Virus record (IMG/VR): IMGVR_UViG_3300047494_000112
Location: 64,001 to 128,000 of that record
Direction: 5' to 3' (one strand)
Source: a virus
DNA length: 64,000 nt
The notes beneath the pieces were generated by a model. It did not search any database. It had not been told where the DNA came from and was given only the letters and a program-made list of their open reading frames with translations. Within the stretch, counting starts at the first letter, position 1; the number at the start of each line of letters is the position of its first letter. The position numbers and the translations under genes are program-made. Shown in pieces: positions 28,854 through 38,309 of the stretch.

Positions 28854-29405
28854 ATGGCTGGTTGGAAGATACTAGAAGGAGTCAAAGGCGCAGCATTGTT
28901 CCATAACGAAAAAGATGGAATAGAGAGGCGCCGATCTCTTCATAGAGATTGGTCAAAACCCGGTGAAATTATAATGATGCCTCATCAGCCTACGACCTTA
29001 GTTTCTATAGGGATGAATCCATCAATTGCAACAGGTGAAATAGATGATCCTACAATCAGAAAAGAATATACCTGGGCTAGGTCTTATGCCTGTTATCAAC
29101 GATACACAAAATTTAATGTGTGCGATATGATTACAAGCCATCCCCTTGATATGCTTGAATGCTCAAATCCTAGCAGCAAAGGAAATCATAAATTTATTTT
29201 AGATTCTTTAAAAAATATGCAATCTGATATCGTTTTATCTTGGGGTATATTGCCGAAAGGTTTAGAATACTTGGCTGAAGATTTGCTTTCTGCTCTAAGA
29301 AAGGCTGGTCACACACTTTATTGTTGGAGAATTAACAAAAACGGTTCTCCTGGTCATCCTAGATTTATTAACCTTCCTGATCTAAAAATTCAAAGGTATT
29401 TCTAA
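28854..29405 (+). CDS. DUF1643 family protein
   Basis: IGMNPSIATGEIDDPTIRK, VLSWG, GSPGHPRF. Confidence 0.8.
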   Translation: MAGWKILEGVKGAALFHNEKDGIERRRSLHRDWSKPGEIIMMPHQPTTLVSIGMNPSIATGEIDDPTIRKEYTWARSYACYQRYTKFNVCDMITSHPLDMLECSNPSSKGNHKFILDSLKNMQSDIVLSWGILPKGLEYLAEDLLSALRKAGHTLYCWRINKNGSPGHPRFINLPDLKIQRYF

Positions 29406-29715
29406 TGAAACATTTACATCACTTTATCCGAGGATTTCTAATTCTTTGTATCTTGGCTTTTTTCGTGGTAATTATTGGAATAATTATTCATTATGCTAAA
29501 GCTTTAGGTTGTTGCGTATTAACAGTGCTAGTCATAAGTTATCTTATAGGCTGGATATTTGAACCAGAAGATTAAAAATGTTTTTATGGTTACTATTAAC
29601 GTATTGCTTTGTTAGCTTGATTAGAAAAATGGACCCTGATCGAGCTGTTTTGTTTTTACCTTTTTATATATTTATCTACATTTGGTTAATGATTCGGTTG
29701 TATTAGGAAATACAG

Positions 29716-30216
29716 ATGAAAAGCTTGCTTGCTACTAAAAAATACCCAAGTTCTTTAATTGAATTTGCTGAAGAGTGTAAAAAAATTATTCATGGATCTT
29801 TTCAATATTTTGCAGCAGATGACTCGACAATTGAATTAGATGCTACAGGCATAAAACAAGCCATTAAAAATGAAGATGAAGATAAAATATTTTCATATTC
29901 AGAAGCTGCATTAATAAAGTGTCAAAGTAAAATTGAAGCAGCTTTAAATGAATTGTTTGAGCCGCCAACATCTGATCTTATCAATAGCTCGCAGGTGTTT
30001 GCTTTATTGTCCATGTTTTTGACAATTTCCTTAAGAGCACAAGATATAGATAAACTTCGAGAGGATATTGCGGAATCTGATATACAAGCGCAAACAAAGC
30101 AAGAAGCTTACCACGCTTTAGTTTTAGGAGTATTAGACACCATTTATAGTTTAGCTATGCCTAAAATAGAAGAAACATCAGATACGGAGATAAAAATTGA
30201 GCGCGTTTTCAATTGA
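29716..30216 (+). CDS. hypothetical protein
   Basis: ORF track; GGA SD. Confidence 0.55.
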   Translation: MKSLLATKKYPSSLIEFAEECKKIIHGSFQYFAADDSTIELDATGIKQAIKNEDEDKIFSYSEAALIKCQSKIEAALNELFEPPTSDLINSSQVFALLSMFLTISLRAQDIDKLREDIAESDIQAQTKQEAYHALVLGVLDTIYSLAMPKIEETSDTEIKIERVFN

Positions 30217-30913
30217 CCTTACTGTAGATAAACCTTTTTCACTATTTAATGAAATGTTTTGGGCTAATCATAAGCTAATGAGCTATCGTGACTTTATCCT
30301 TGATCAATATACAGAGAAAAATAGATTATATCATGGGCTATACCATATTGCACAAATGTTCCAATGCCATAAGCAAATGACAAAAAATAATCAAAGCTAT
30401 ATTTCTGGCACTAATGTTGATAGAATAATATACGCAATTCTATATCATGATATTGTATATGATGCCAAAGCGCCTTGTAATCAAAATGAAGAGCAATCAG
30501 CAGCTTTGTGGCTAAAACATTTTCATGATCAAGAGGATGAATCTACAGTAGCTGTTGTGCATGAGATGATTACTGCTACATCTGGCCATTTAGCACAACA
30601 TCAATGTGACGACCTGACTAGCTGTTTTCTAGATTTGGACCTGTGTTCTTTAGCTGCTCCGTACAAAGAATTTGAATTGAATAACTGCCTAATTCGATTA
30701 GAGTATTCACATGTACCGGATCTTGATTATCACCGTGCTGATTTTTTGAAGGCTTTGTTAAAGAAACCAAAAATATATAGACACCAAGCCTTTGAATTCT
30801 TTGAACCTATTGCTAGATATAACATTGGCAAGCTATTAGCCACGTACTCTGCAACTCCTAATATTTCATCAGGTTTAGGCTTGCCTATTACAGATAATGT
30901 TCAAGCTTACTAG
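30197..30913 (+). CDS. HD-superfamily metal-dependent phosphohydrolase (COG4339-like)
   Basis: RLYHGLYHI, AILYHDIVYD, NEEQSA, FLDLDL. Confidence 0.8.
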   Translation: MSAFSIDLTVDKPFSLFNEMFWANHKLMSYRDFILDQYTEKNRLYHGLYHIAQMFQCHKQMTKNNQSYISGTNVDRIIYAILYHDIVYDAKAPCNQNEEQSAALWLKHFHDQEDESTVAVVHEMITATSGHLAQHQCDDLTSCFLDLDLCSLAAPYKEFELNNCLIRLEYSHVPDLDYHRADFLKALLKKPKIYRHQAFEFFEPIARYNIGKLLATYSATPNISSGLGLPITDNVQAY

Positions 30914-30922
30914 GAAATAAAA

Positions 30923-31387
30923 ATGAAAATCATATATCGTACTGGTAGCCTGCTTGATTTCAAAGGCATGTACATTTGTCATTCTTGCAATATAAAGGGT
31001 GGCTTTAAATCTGGAGTAGCTGGTGTCATACGAAAAGAAATGCCTGAGGTACATGAAGCTTACCTTGAGCTGTTTAATAAAGGCGGCATTAAATTAGGAG
31101 AAGTGCAGTGGGTACAAACCAATTCAGGAAAAGAGGTAGGTAACATGTTTTGCCAGCCTGAATATGGCTATGATGGAAAGCGATATGTTTCATACGATGC
31201 AATAGATGATGCCATTAAACAGATAAATGAAGACTGTGCTGATTTCAAGGTTGCTTTTCCTTTGATTGGCGCGGGTCTTGGAGGAGGCGATTGGAACATC
31301 ATTGAGATGATAATTGAAAGGAATGCTAAACACTTTTCTCCTGTTGTTTATACATTAGATGGAGTTATACCTTATGGCAATGAATAG
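30923..31387 (+). CDS. macro domain (ADP-ribose processing) protein
   Basis: HSCNIKGGFKSGVAGVIRK and FPLIGAGLGGGDW. Confidence 0.88.
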   Translation: MKIIYRTGSLLDFKGMYICHSCNIKGGFKSGVAGVIRKEMPEVHEAYLELFNKGGIKLGEVQWVQTNSGKEVGNMFCQPEYGYDGKRYVSYDAIDDAIKQINEDCADFKVAFPLIGAGLGGGDWNIIEMIIERNAKHFSPVVYTLDGVIPYGNE

Positions 31388-31670
31388 GCTACAGTACCTT
31401 TTAGGTAAACTAGCAGAAGAGTGCAATGAGGTAGGACAACGCTGTTCTAAAGCAATGCAATTTGGTTTAGATGAAGTTCAGGAACTTCAACACCTGACAA
31501 ATAAAGAAAGACTAGAGCTAGAATTTAATGATATTCTAGTCATTGCTTTGCTACTGCATGATGAGTTTGGTTTCAATAATCGGAGACTAACCTCAAGCTA
31601 CATTGAAGTAAAGAAAGCAAAAATTGAGAAATACTACCTCTATTCCAAATCACTAGGAATGGTTGAATAA
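31374..31670 (+). CDS. MazG-like nucleotide pyrophosphohydrolase
   Basis: LAEECNEV...ELEFNDIL (ExxE...ExxD). Confidence 0.7.
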   Translation: MAMNRLQYLLGKLAEECNEVGQRCSKAMQFGLDEVQELQHLTNKERLELEFNDILVIALLLHDEFGFNNRRLTSSYIEVKKAKIEKYYLYSKSLGMVE

Positions 31671-31685
31671 TCTAGGATTAGTAAT

Positions 31686-32699
31686 TTGAGACTACCTACA
31701 ACAGATGAGTGGCTTAATAGCAAAACTCTTGAGAAAATTGTGCAAGCTGTACAAGCCACCACAATTATAGCAAAAAAGAAGCATGATTTTCGTGTAAGTT
31801 CATTACCTTACTGTCCTTTGCTTGAATTAGTAGCCAGAAAAGAGCTTGAGCAAACAGAAGAAATGGAATATGACTCTCATTTCTATTTTGCAATCGGTAA
31901 CGCGCTCCATTCGCTCTTTCAGAAATTTTCTAGAGACGCCAAAGGTGTGACCTTAATTGGTGATTGGAAATGCTCAAAGATAATTAGCATCAAACAAGAC
32001 TCTAATCCTCCATCTGAAACAATCACAAAATGTGCTCAAGCTTATCAATTTTGTAGCAATAAATCTGCAAAGAAAAGACATTCTTGTCCGCATAAATTGA
32101 AAGATTGTAAAGGTGACTTTGAATATGTAGAGCTAACTCTTTATTACAATGGTTTATCAGGTCACTGCGATTTACTTTTCAAAGTTGATGGTAAATATTA
32201 TCTAGTAGATATAAAAACTACCTCAACTTTTTTATTCGACTCAACCAAACTGGCATTAGACAAAGGCTATTATCCAGCTAAAAAATATTTTCATCAAATT
32301 GAATCATACGCAGTAATGCTTGAAAAACAATTTGACATTAAAATCGAGCAGTATGCCATTCTATACGTTTCACGAGACAGGACCAGCACAAAAAGAAAAG
32401 GTCATATGCTGTTTGTTCGTAAATTAAATAATAGAATGAGAAGAGAGCGTTGGGAGTTATTAGATAAACAAACAGCCAATAACAAATTGGTTGAAAAATA
32501 CGAAAAATCCCAAAGCAAAAAGTTGCTAACTAAGATATGGGAAAATCGTCCCTGTCAAAAGCCTTCTGACTACAAGAATGAAATGGGCCCCAAATTCTTT
32601 GACAAGGTTTGTACGTTTCACAAGGACAAGACCTGCTATAGCGGCAAAATTATAAAGACAATAGAGAAAATGTATTCAAACAAAACTGCATCTATCTAA
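31686..32699 (+). CDS. Cas4-like PD-(D/E)XK exonuclease
   Basis: RVSSLPYCP, GNALH, GHCDLL, LVDIKT, HQIESY, C-terminal Cys residues. Confidence 0.8.
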   Translation: MRLPTTDEWLNSKTLEKIVQAVQATTIIAKKKHDFRVSSLPYCPLLELVARKELEQTEEMEYDSHFYFAIGNALHSLFQKFSRDAKGVTLIGDWKCSKIISIKQDSNPPSETITKCAQAYQFCSNKSAKKRHSCPHKLKDCKGDFEYVELTLYYNGLSGHCDLLFKVDGKYYLVDIKTTSTFLFDSTKLALDKGYYPAKKYFHQIESYAVMLEKQFDIKIEQYAILYVSRDRTSTKRKGHMLFVRKLNNRMRRERWELLDKQTANNKLVEKYEKSQSKKLLTKIWENRPCQKPSDYKNEMGPKFFDKVCTFHKDKTCYSGKIIKTIEKMYSNKTASI

Positions 32700-32709
32700 G
32701 GAATTAGTC

Positions 32710-33237
32710 ATGATACTTTCAGCTCAATCTATTCGTCGCCTTTGTAAATATGAATATCCTAATAAACTACCTCAGGTGCCCTTGTTGGCACCTTATTCTG
32801 AAAGTGCTGTTAATTCAGGTATGACCTTTGGCCTTTCATCAGCTGGATATGATATTCGTATTGACCAGGATGTTACCTTATATCCTATCACGCTTGGTAA
32901 TCTTATGCTTAAAGCTATTGGTGTTAAACGCTCTTCTTTTGCTTTAGCAAGCTCAATTGAGAAATTTACTATTCCCAAGCATCTTATGCCGTTAGTAATG
33001 GATAAATCAACCTGGGCACGTAGAGGGTTAAGCGTTTTCAACACCTGTGCTGAACCAGGATGGACTGGCTGGCTAACCTTAGAATTAGCTAATAAAAGTG
33101 AGCACGTTTTGGAGATAAGAAAAGGAATGCCTATTGCTCAAATTGTATTCTTTGAGTTAGATCATCCTACTTGTCAACCCTATCAAGGAAAATATCAGCA
33201 TCAAGCTAGAGGTCCTCAACCGGCAATATTAGCATGA
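32710..33237 (+). CDS. dcd: dCTP deaminase
   Basis: GLSSAGYDIR, KSTWARRG, EPGWTGWLTLEL, PIAQIVF, GKYQHQ. Confidence 0.93.
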   Translation: MILSAQSIRRLCKYEYPNKLPQVPLLAPYSESAVNSGMTFGLSSAGYDIRIDQDVTLYPITLGNLMLKAIGVKRSSFALASSIEKFTIPKHLMPLVMDKSTWARRGLSVFNTCAEPGWTGWLTLELANKSEHVLEIRKGMPIAQIVFFELDHPTCQPYQGKYQHQARGPQPAILA

Positions 33238-34601
33238 AGCCTACTTTAACAGTATTAGGCTTACAGAGTAGCTCAAAGCATTTCATTCCGCACCACAAAA
33301 TTGTACCTAGCTTATATCTAGGTAGATCTAGATCTATAGATCTAGAAACTAAGAGCGTAATGCACACCCAAGAAGCCGTCCAAAATATTGACTTTTGGAC
33401 ATTGGATTGTGATGCTTTTTACGTTGAGGACTCTTTAGGGTGGACTAAACCCCTGGATGTATCAGGAAATCATTTTGACTATTTCAGTGAGTTTCCAAAG
33501 ATATACAGAGTTGCTCATTCACTCTTTGAAGAAGATAATTTTCTAACAAACGGTTGGACCAAGAACAAACAACACGTTTTAGAGATATACAACAACTTAC
33601 TAATTGCCGATCTAATTTGGGTTAGTCCTGTTCTAGTTGAGATATTGCGTAGAACAATGCCTCAGGTATTGTCAAAGCAACAGATACAGCGAATAGAGAA
33701 AAAGTTTGTTGTTCTACCTCCCCCTGACTACTACAAGTTGGATACTATCTCATCTACTGTAGTTCAGCCTTCACGTAGCTTTAAAAAGGGTTTGGTCTTT
33801 CTTTGGAACCACCGCTTAATATCTCTCAAAAATCCAAAAATGTTCTTTGAGGCCATTGAGACATTTCACAAACAGCATAGCAAGGTTCCGATTGAGATTC
33901 GTATCTGTGCATCAGGCACTGAAAAAGAGGCTAGAGCATTTGTTCCTGAGTCTTTGCAAAAAACTGTAGTATATTCACCTTTTATATCTGATCCAAAAGA
34001 GTACTCAAAATTTATTGAAACAGCCAACATTACTATCGGTACCTCACGAATAGAGTCATTTGGTATCTCCGTATTTGATTGTATTCGTCAAGGCATGACC
34101 TATATTAACACTACACCTAACGAAGCCTTTTCAACAATTGCTGGATCACTAACTACAGTTAATCCTAAAGATGTGCCCGATATAATTTGGAAGTTATATT
34201 CTGATCCTAAAAAACGAGCAGACTGGGACAAAAAGAACATACAAGCATTAAACAGTTTACCTAATTTTGATAAAGCAAAGACAATTTTCAGTAACCGTGT
34301 TGATGAAATTGTACATGGTAAAATACAATCAGCAAAGGGCGACAGGTCAGAGAAGCTAAAAACAGCACTAAAAGTGTTAAGCAAAAAAGCTTTGAGCAAG
34401 CAAGACTTGTATCGTACCTTTGGTTGGGAACCAATGACTACATGCCGCAATGCGTTTTGGGGCGGCTATTATTTCTCTTTGAGAAAAAATGGCATTGATA
34501 CAAAGTTGATAAGTAATAAGCTATATTTTTACTCTGATAAGGCTCACCTAAAGAGTATAAATGAAACAAAGATACAAGCGCCGAAAGGATTATTCAAATG
34601 A
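33234..34601 (+). CDS. GT-B (GT4-like) glycosyltransferase
   Basis: FLWNHRL...KNPKMF, SRIESFGISVFDC (ExFG motif). Confidence 0.75.
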   Translation: MKPTLTVLGLQSSSKHFIPHHKIVPSLYLGRSRSIDLETKSVMHTQEAVQNIDFWTLDCDAFYVEDSLGWTKPLDVSGNHFDYFSEFPKIYRVAHSLFEEDNFLTNGWTKNKQHVLEIYNNLLIADLIWVSPVLVEILRRTMPQVLSKQQIQRIEKKFVVLPPPDYYKLDTISSTVVQPSRSFKKGLVFLWNHRLISLKNPKMFFEAIETFHKQHSKVPIEIRICASGTEKEARAFVPESLQKTVVYSPFISDPKEYSKFIETANITIGTSRIESFGISVFDCIRQGMTYINTTPNEAFSTIAGSLTTVNPKDVPDIIWKLYSDPKKRADWDKKNIQALNSLPNFDKAKTIFSNRVDEIVHGKIQSAKGDRSEKLKTALKVLSKKALSKQDLYRTFGWEPMTTCRNAFWGGYYFSLRKNGIDTKLISNKLYFYSDKAHLKSINETKIQAPKGLFK

Positions 34602-35158
34602 CTCATCCGTTCTTCTTGCTATATGATGGCGAGACACGCAAGAAAGCATTAGCTGAATTGCCTGCCATGATTAACAAGGCTAGAGTAATTTTAGATGGCC
34701 ACCCTTTTGTTAATGCTGGATTATACATAGGCCATAGCGGAGGAAAAGACTCTGTTGCAGTCACTTATCTAACTAGGTTAGTTTTTGGTATTTTGCCTAT
34801 TCTTCATTCGGCTAAACCTAAAGGTGAAAATGCCGTTCATCCTGAAGCACAAAAGCTTATATACGCAATGGGTGAACATCGTCCTGTGTTATTGCATCCT
34901 AGAGACGTTGTGCCTCCTCCAGAATATGCTACTCAGATTGATGGCACAAAAATGTGTGAGTTTGATAGGACTGATGGCAGGCATACAGATGTAATGATTG
35001 ATGGAGAGTTAAAAAGCCGAGCCGAAATGACTTGTTATGTTAAAAATGGTCTGTTTGGCAAGAATTTCATTTTTCCAATTTTTGATTGGCAAGATTATCA
35101 CGTTTGGGCTTTGATCTACAAAGAAAACTTGGCCTTTTCCGGAGAGTATTTAGAATGA
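34598..35158 (+). CDS. PAPS-reductase-like adenine nucleotide alpha-hydrolase (PP-loop)
   Basis: GHSGGKDS PP-loop; FPIFDWQDYHVWALI. Confidence 0.8.
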   Translation: MTHPFFLLYDGETRKKALAELPAMINKARVILDGHPFVNAGLYIGHSGGKDSVAVTYLTRLVFGILPILHSAKPKGENAVHPEAQKLIYAMGEHRPVLLHPRDVVPPPEYATQIDGTKMCEFDRTDGRHTDVMIDGELKSRAEMTCYVKNGLFGKNFIFPIFDWQDYHVWALIYKENLAFSGEYLE

Positions 35159-35820
35159 AAAACGTTTTAATTATTGCACCCCACATTGATGATGAAATGA
35201 TAGGTTGCTGGTCTGTATTTAATAATCCTGAAAATAACGTTAGCATTGTCTGGCTGTACGAATTAACTGAAGCTAGAATGCTAGAAGGAATGAGCTTGAT
35301 CGGTAAAGCTAAATCCACCTTAGATAAATTGGGTACAGGTGAAGCTGTAGCCTTTAAGCATATTGAAAAATATGTATATGATGAGATATATGTTCCTTCA
35401 AGAAAAGACTCTCATTTAGACCACAAGAAAGCAAACTCTTTATTCAGAAAATATGCTACCCATTTCTATTCAGTAGACATGGTTGATGGAAAATACTTAG
35501 GTGAGAAAGTTTCTGGCCAAAAATGGCGTGCATTGGAGGACTGTTATCCAAGTCAAAAGTCTTTATGGGACACAAACGCAAAATACTATCTGTTTGAGTC
35601 TATAACAATGTGTGATTACGATACCTATGAGACCTTTGAACACTGGGACTACTCTATCACAGTACCTGCTGAGTATTGTTCAGAGTGTCTTGAAGCGATA
35701 AAGTCTAAAAGACGAGGTGAATACAATTCACGAGAGATTATGGATAAACTGCTACAAATTTGCCCAACAGGTAAAGTTACGGTTCAATACAACGAGTTAA
35801 CTCTAGTGGCAGAAGGCTAG
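35155..35820 (+). CDS. PIG-L/LmbE family N-deacetylase
   Basis: IIAPHIDDEMIGC and HLDH motifs. Confidence 0.85.
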   Translation: MKNVLIIAPHIDDEMIGCWSVFNNPENNVSIVWLYELTEARMLEGMSLIGKAKSTLDKLGTGEAVAFKHIEKYVYDEIYVPSRKDSHLDHKKANSLFRKYATHFYSVDMVDGKYLGEKVSGQKWRALEDCYPSQKSLWDTNAKYYLFESITMCDYDTYETFEHWDYSITVPAEYCSECLEAIKSKRRGEYNSREIMDKLLQICPTGKVTVQYNELTLVAEG

Positions 35821-35822
35821 TC

Positions 35823-36254
35823 ATGAAATACGGAATTGAGGTCGAAGGTAGACTACGTGGTGTCAAAACTTTGTTTATGGATGCAAATGAACCTGTGCAA
35901 AAAGTACTTGATTTTTTGTATAGTGATGAAGGTAGAGGCATAGGTCATATTTATATCTGTGATCATGAGAACACTTTGAATTACAGGCAGGTCGCCTATC
36001 TTTTCAAGGGTTTTCACGTAACATTAGAAGTAAGCAAAGTAGAAGGCCCTGAGTTAAGATTAGGTACAGAAAATCTATCAATCATGTTTAGAATTGACCT
36101 TTGTCCGACAAAAGCAATTTACAAAAGTATCAGTTTACTCAGCAGTCTTTTTGACCAAGTTAAGATTGAAAAAGATAAAAAAGTGTATGTCTTTCCCTTT
36201 AGTAGTGTTATTACAACTTTACCTAATGAGTTTGAAGGTGATGTTGAGATATGA
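35823..36254 (+). CDS. hypothetical protein, probable paralog of 39856-40353
   Basis: GIEVEG...GVKTLF...GHIY versus GEEVG...GTQTLF...DHIF. Confidence 0.6.
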   Translation: MKYGIEVEGRLRGVKTLFMDANEPVQKVLDFLYSDEGRGIGHIYICDHENTLNYRQVAYLFKGFHVTLEVSKVEGPELRLGTENLSIMFRIDLCPTKAIYKSISLLSSLFDQVKIEKDKKVYVFPFSSVITTLPNEFEGDVEI

Positions 36255-37366
36255 CCAAAATTTATCTGGTACCTATAGAACCTTTGACTGAACGTTATTC
36301 CGAGTCTTGGTATAGAAATATTCCCGTTGCATTTGAAAATGCTGGTTTTGAGGTAGTTGTAATTGACGGTCATCCATTGTTGAATGACGATATCAAGGTG
36401 GGCACTTTTTTAGATATTTCTAGCACTTGTCACTACAAGGCTAGCCAACTACAAAAAATTGCCAAAATGTTTCATCATGGTGCGATTGATAAAGACTCTG
36501 TTTTCTTTTTCTCGGATATTGAATTTTGGGGAATTGAACAGGTCAGACTATTATCTGACATGAACAAGGTACCGGTGTTTTTAACAGGTTTCTTGCACGC
36601 AGGTTCCTATACTAGAGGGGATGCTTTTGAAATTGCAGCACCATATCAACAATTTACAGAGGTTGGCTGGGTAGCAGCATTAGACATGGTTTTTGTTGGC
36701 TCTGAATATCACAAGCAAGCTTTTTGGGCAAGGCGTCTGAAACCTTTAGGCTTTAATAACGAGTTAATACATAAAATCCATGTTACCAAAAATCCAATGT
36801 TTAAGAGTGATTATACCTTTAAAGGCCTCCCAAAAGAAAAAAGAATGCTGCTAACGAATAGGTTTGATCAAGAGAAAAATTGTGACCTAACAATAGCACT
36901 GTTTGCCAAACTGGCCAAAGAATATCCTGATTGGAAGTTTATTGTCACTACTTCACGAAAGACATTCCGTACAAACTATCCAGAAAAAGACATGGTAAAT
37001 ATCAATCAGTTGATTGAGGAGTCAGGGATAGAGCTAAAAATAGGACTAACAAAAGAGAAATACCATGAAGAGTTAGAGAAAGCAGCAATTGTTGTCTCTC
37101 ACTCACCAGAAGAAAATTATGGCATTTGTGTAGCAGAGAGCGTAATTTACGGCTGTATGCCATTGCTATCAAAATGCGCCTCACATCCATCGTTTGTTGA
37201 TAACGATAATAGGTTAATGTTTTACCTAAATGTACCTGGAGATGATTATGCACAAGCAATACGTTTGATGCACGCTTTTGAGGCTGGCGAGAAATCAACT
37301 CTTAAATTGGATTGGAATGGCATGTCTAACATTATTCAATACATTAACGTCCTGCAAAGGAAATAG
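36251..37366 (+). CDS. GT-B glycosyltransferase
   Basis: NRFDQEKN, EENYGICVAESVIYGCMP (GT4-like ExxG...E motif). Confidence 0.8.
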   Translation: MTKIYLVPIEPLTERYSESWYRNIPVAFENAGFEVVVIDGHPLLNDDIKVGTFLDISSTCHYKASQLQKIAKMFHHGAIDKDSVFFFSDIEFWGIEQVRLLSDMNKVPVFLTGFLHAGSYTRGDAFEIAAPYQQFTEVGWVAALDMVFVGSEYHKQAFWARRLKPLGFNNELIHKIHVTKNPMFKSDYTFKGLPKEKRMLLTNRFDQEKNCDLTIALFAKLAKEYPDWKFIVTTSRKTFRTNYPEKDMVNINQLIEESGIELKIGLTKEKYHEELEKAAIVVSHSPEENYGICVAESVIYGCMPLLSKCASHPSFVDNDNRLMFYLNVPGDDYAQAIRLMHAFEAGEKSTLKLDWNGMSNIIQYINVLQRK

Positions 37367-37368
37367 TA

Positions 37369-37734
37369 ATGAAAACTAGCATTTTTGTAAAGTTTCAGAA
37401 AGAGGGAATACACTGTTATCCAGCTGCGCCAGAAGGCGTGGAATTTCTCAAACATCCTCATCGACACATGTTTCACTTTGAGGTGGAAATTCAGGTTTTC
37501 CACCACGATAGAGATATTGAATTTATTCTTCTTAAACGTGAATTGGAAGCTTTGTATGATGAAAAAGTGCTAGAATTAAACCATCAATCTTGTGAAATGA
37601 TGGCTAGCTCTCTATATGATTATTTAATTGGCAAGTATTCAAAACGCGATATAAAAATTACGGTGTCAGAGGATGGTGAGAATGGCGCAATACTAACCGT
37701 GCCATACGTTGAGAATGAATTTGTAGCTAATTGA
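37369..37734 (+). CDS. QueD-like (6-pyruvoyl-tetrahydropterin synthase, T-fold) protein
   Basis: EGIHCYP...HPHRHMFH...DRDIEFI...SCEMMA...VSEDGENGA. Confidence 0.7.
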   Translation: MKTSIFVKFQKEGIHCYPAAPEGVEFLKHPHRHMFHFEVEIQVFHHDRDIEFILLKRELEALYDEKVLELNHQSCEMMASSLYDYLIGKYSKRDIKITVSEDGENGAILTVPYVENEFVAN

Positions 37735-37738
37735 GGAT

Positions 37739-38308
37739 ATGCTTGTGAATAAAGAAGATATACTACCGGAAGTGACAGCATTAATTGCCAAAATGTATCC
37801 AAGTTATTTGGAAGATCCAAATTTGGCAGAGACGCCTGCTAGAATTGCAAAAATGTATTGTGAGGAATTGTTTGCTGGTTCATTTACTGAACCTCCTAAG
37901 CTAACAGTTTTTCCAAATACAAAAAAGTACAATCAGCTTATAATTGTTCCTGATATAAATTTCTCTAGTGTCTGTTCTCACCATTGGCTTTCATTCATGG
38001 GATTTGCAACAATTGGAATTTTATTGAATGAAGATTCTAGTTTTTTGGGACTATCTAAATATGCTCGTTTAGTAGATTGGTTTGCTAGACGTCCTCAGGT
38101 ACAAGAAAATCTAACTGAGGAAATTGCTGATTATATTAATGAGACCTTAAAGCCTGCTGCTTTAGGTGTGTACATCTCTGCAAATCATTTATGTGCAGTT
38201 GTTAGAGGTATAAAACAGCCAACCTCTACAATGATTACTACTGCTCTGCGTGGTGAAATGTTAACCAGCCCGTATCTTAAATCTGAATTTTTGGCTAGAT
38301 GTAAATGA
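37739..38308 (+). CDS. folE: GTP cyclohydrolase I
   Basis: ETPARIAKM, SVCSHHWL, GLSKYARLV, RRPQVQENLT, HLCAVVRG. Confidence 0.95.
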   Translation: MLVNKEDILPEVTALIAKMYPSYLEDPNLAETPARIAKMYCEELFAGSFTEPPKLTVFPNTKKYNQLIIVPDINFSSVCSHHWLSFMGFATIGILLNEDSSFLGLSKYARLVDWFARRPQVQENLTEEIADYINETLKPAALGVYISANHLCAVVRGIKQPTSTMITTALRGEMLTSPYLKSEFLARCK

Positions 38309-38309
38309 T

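Noticed and set aside
33327-33346. 20-bp palindrome TCTAGATCTATAGATCTAGA
   Set aside because: Inside a coding region and low complexity; no supporting context.
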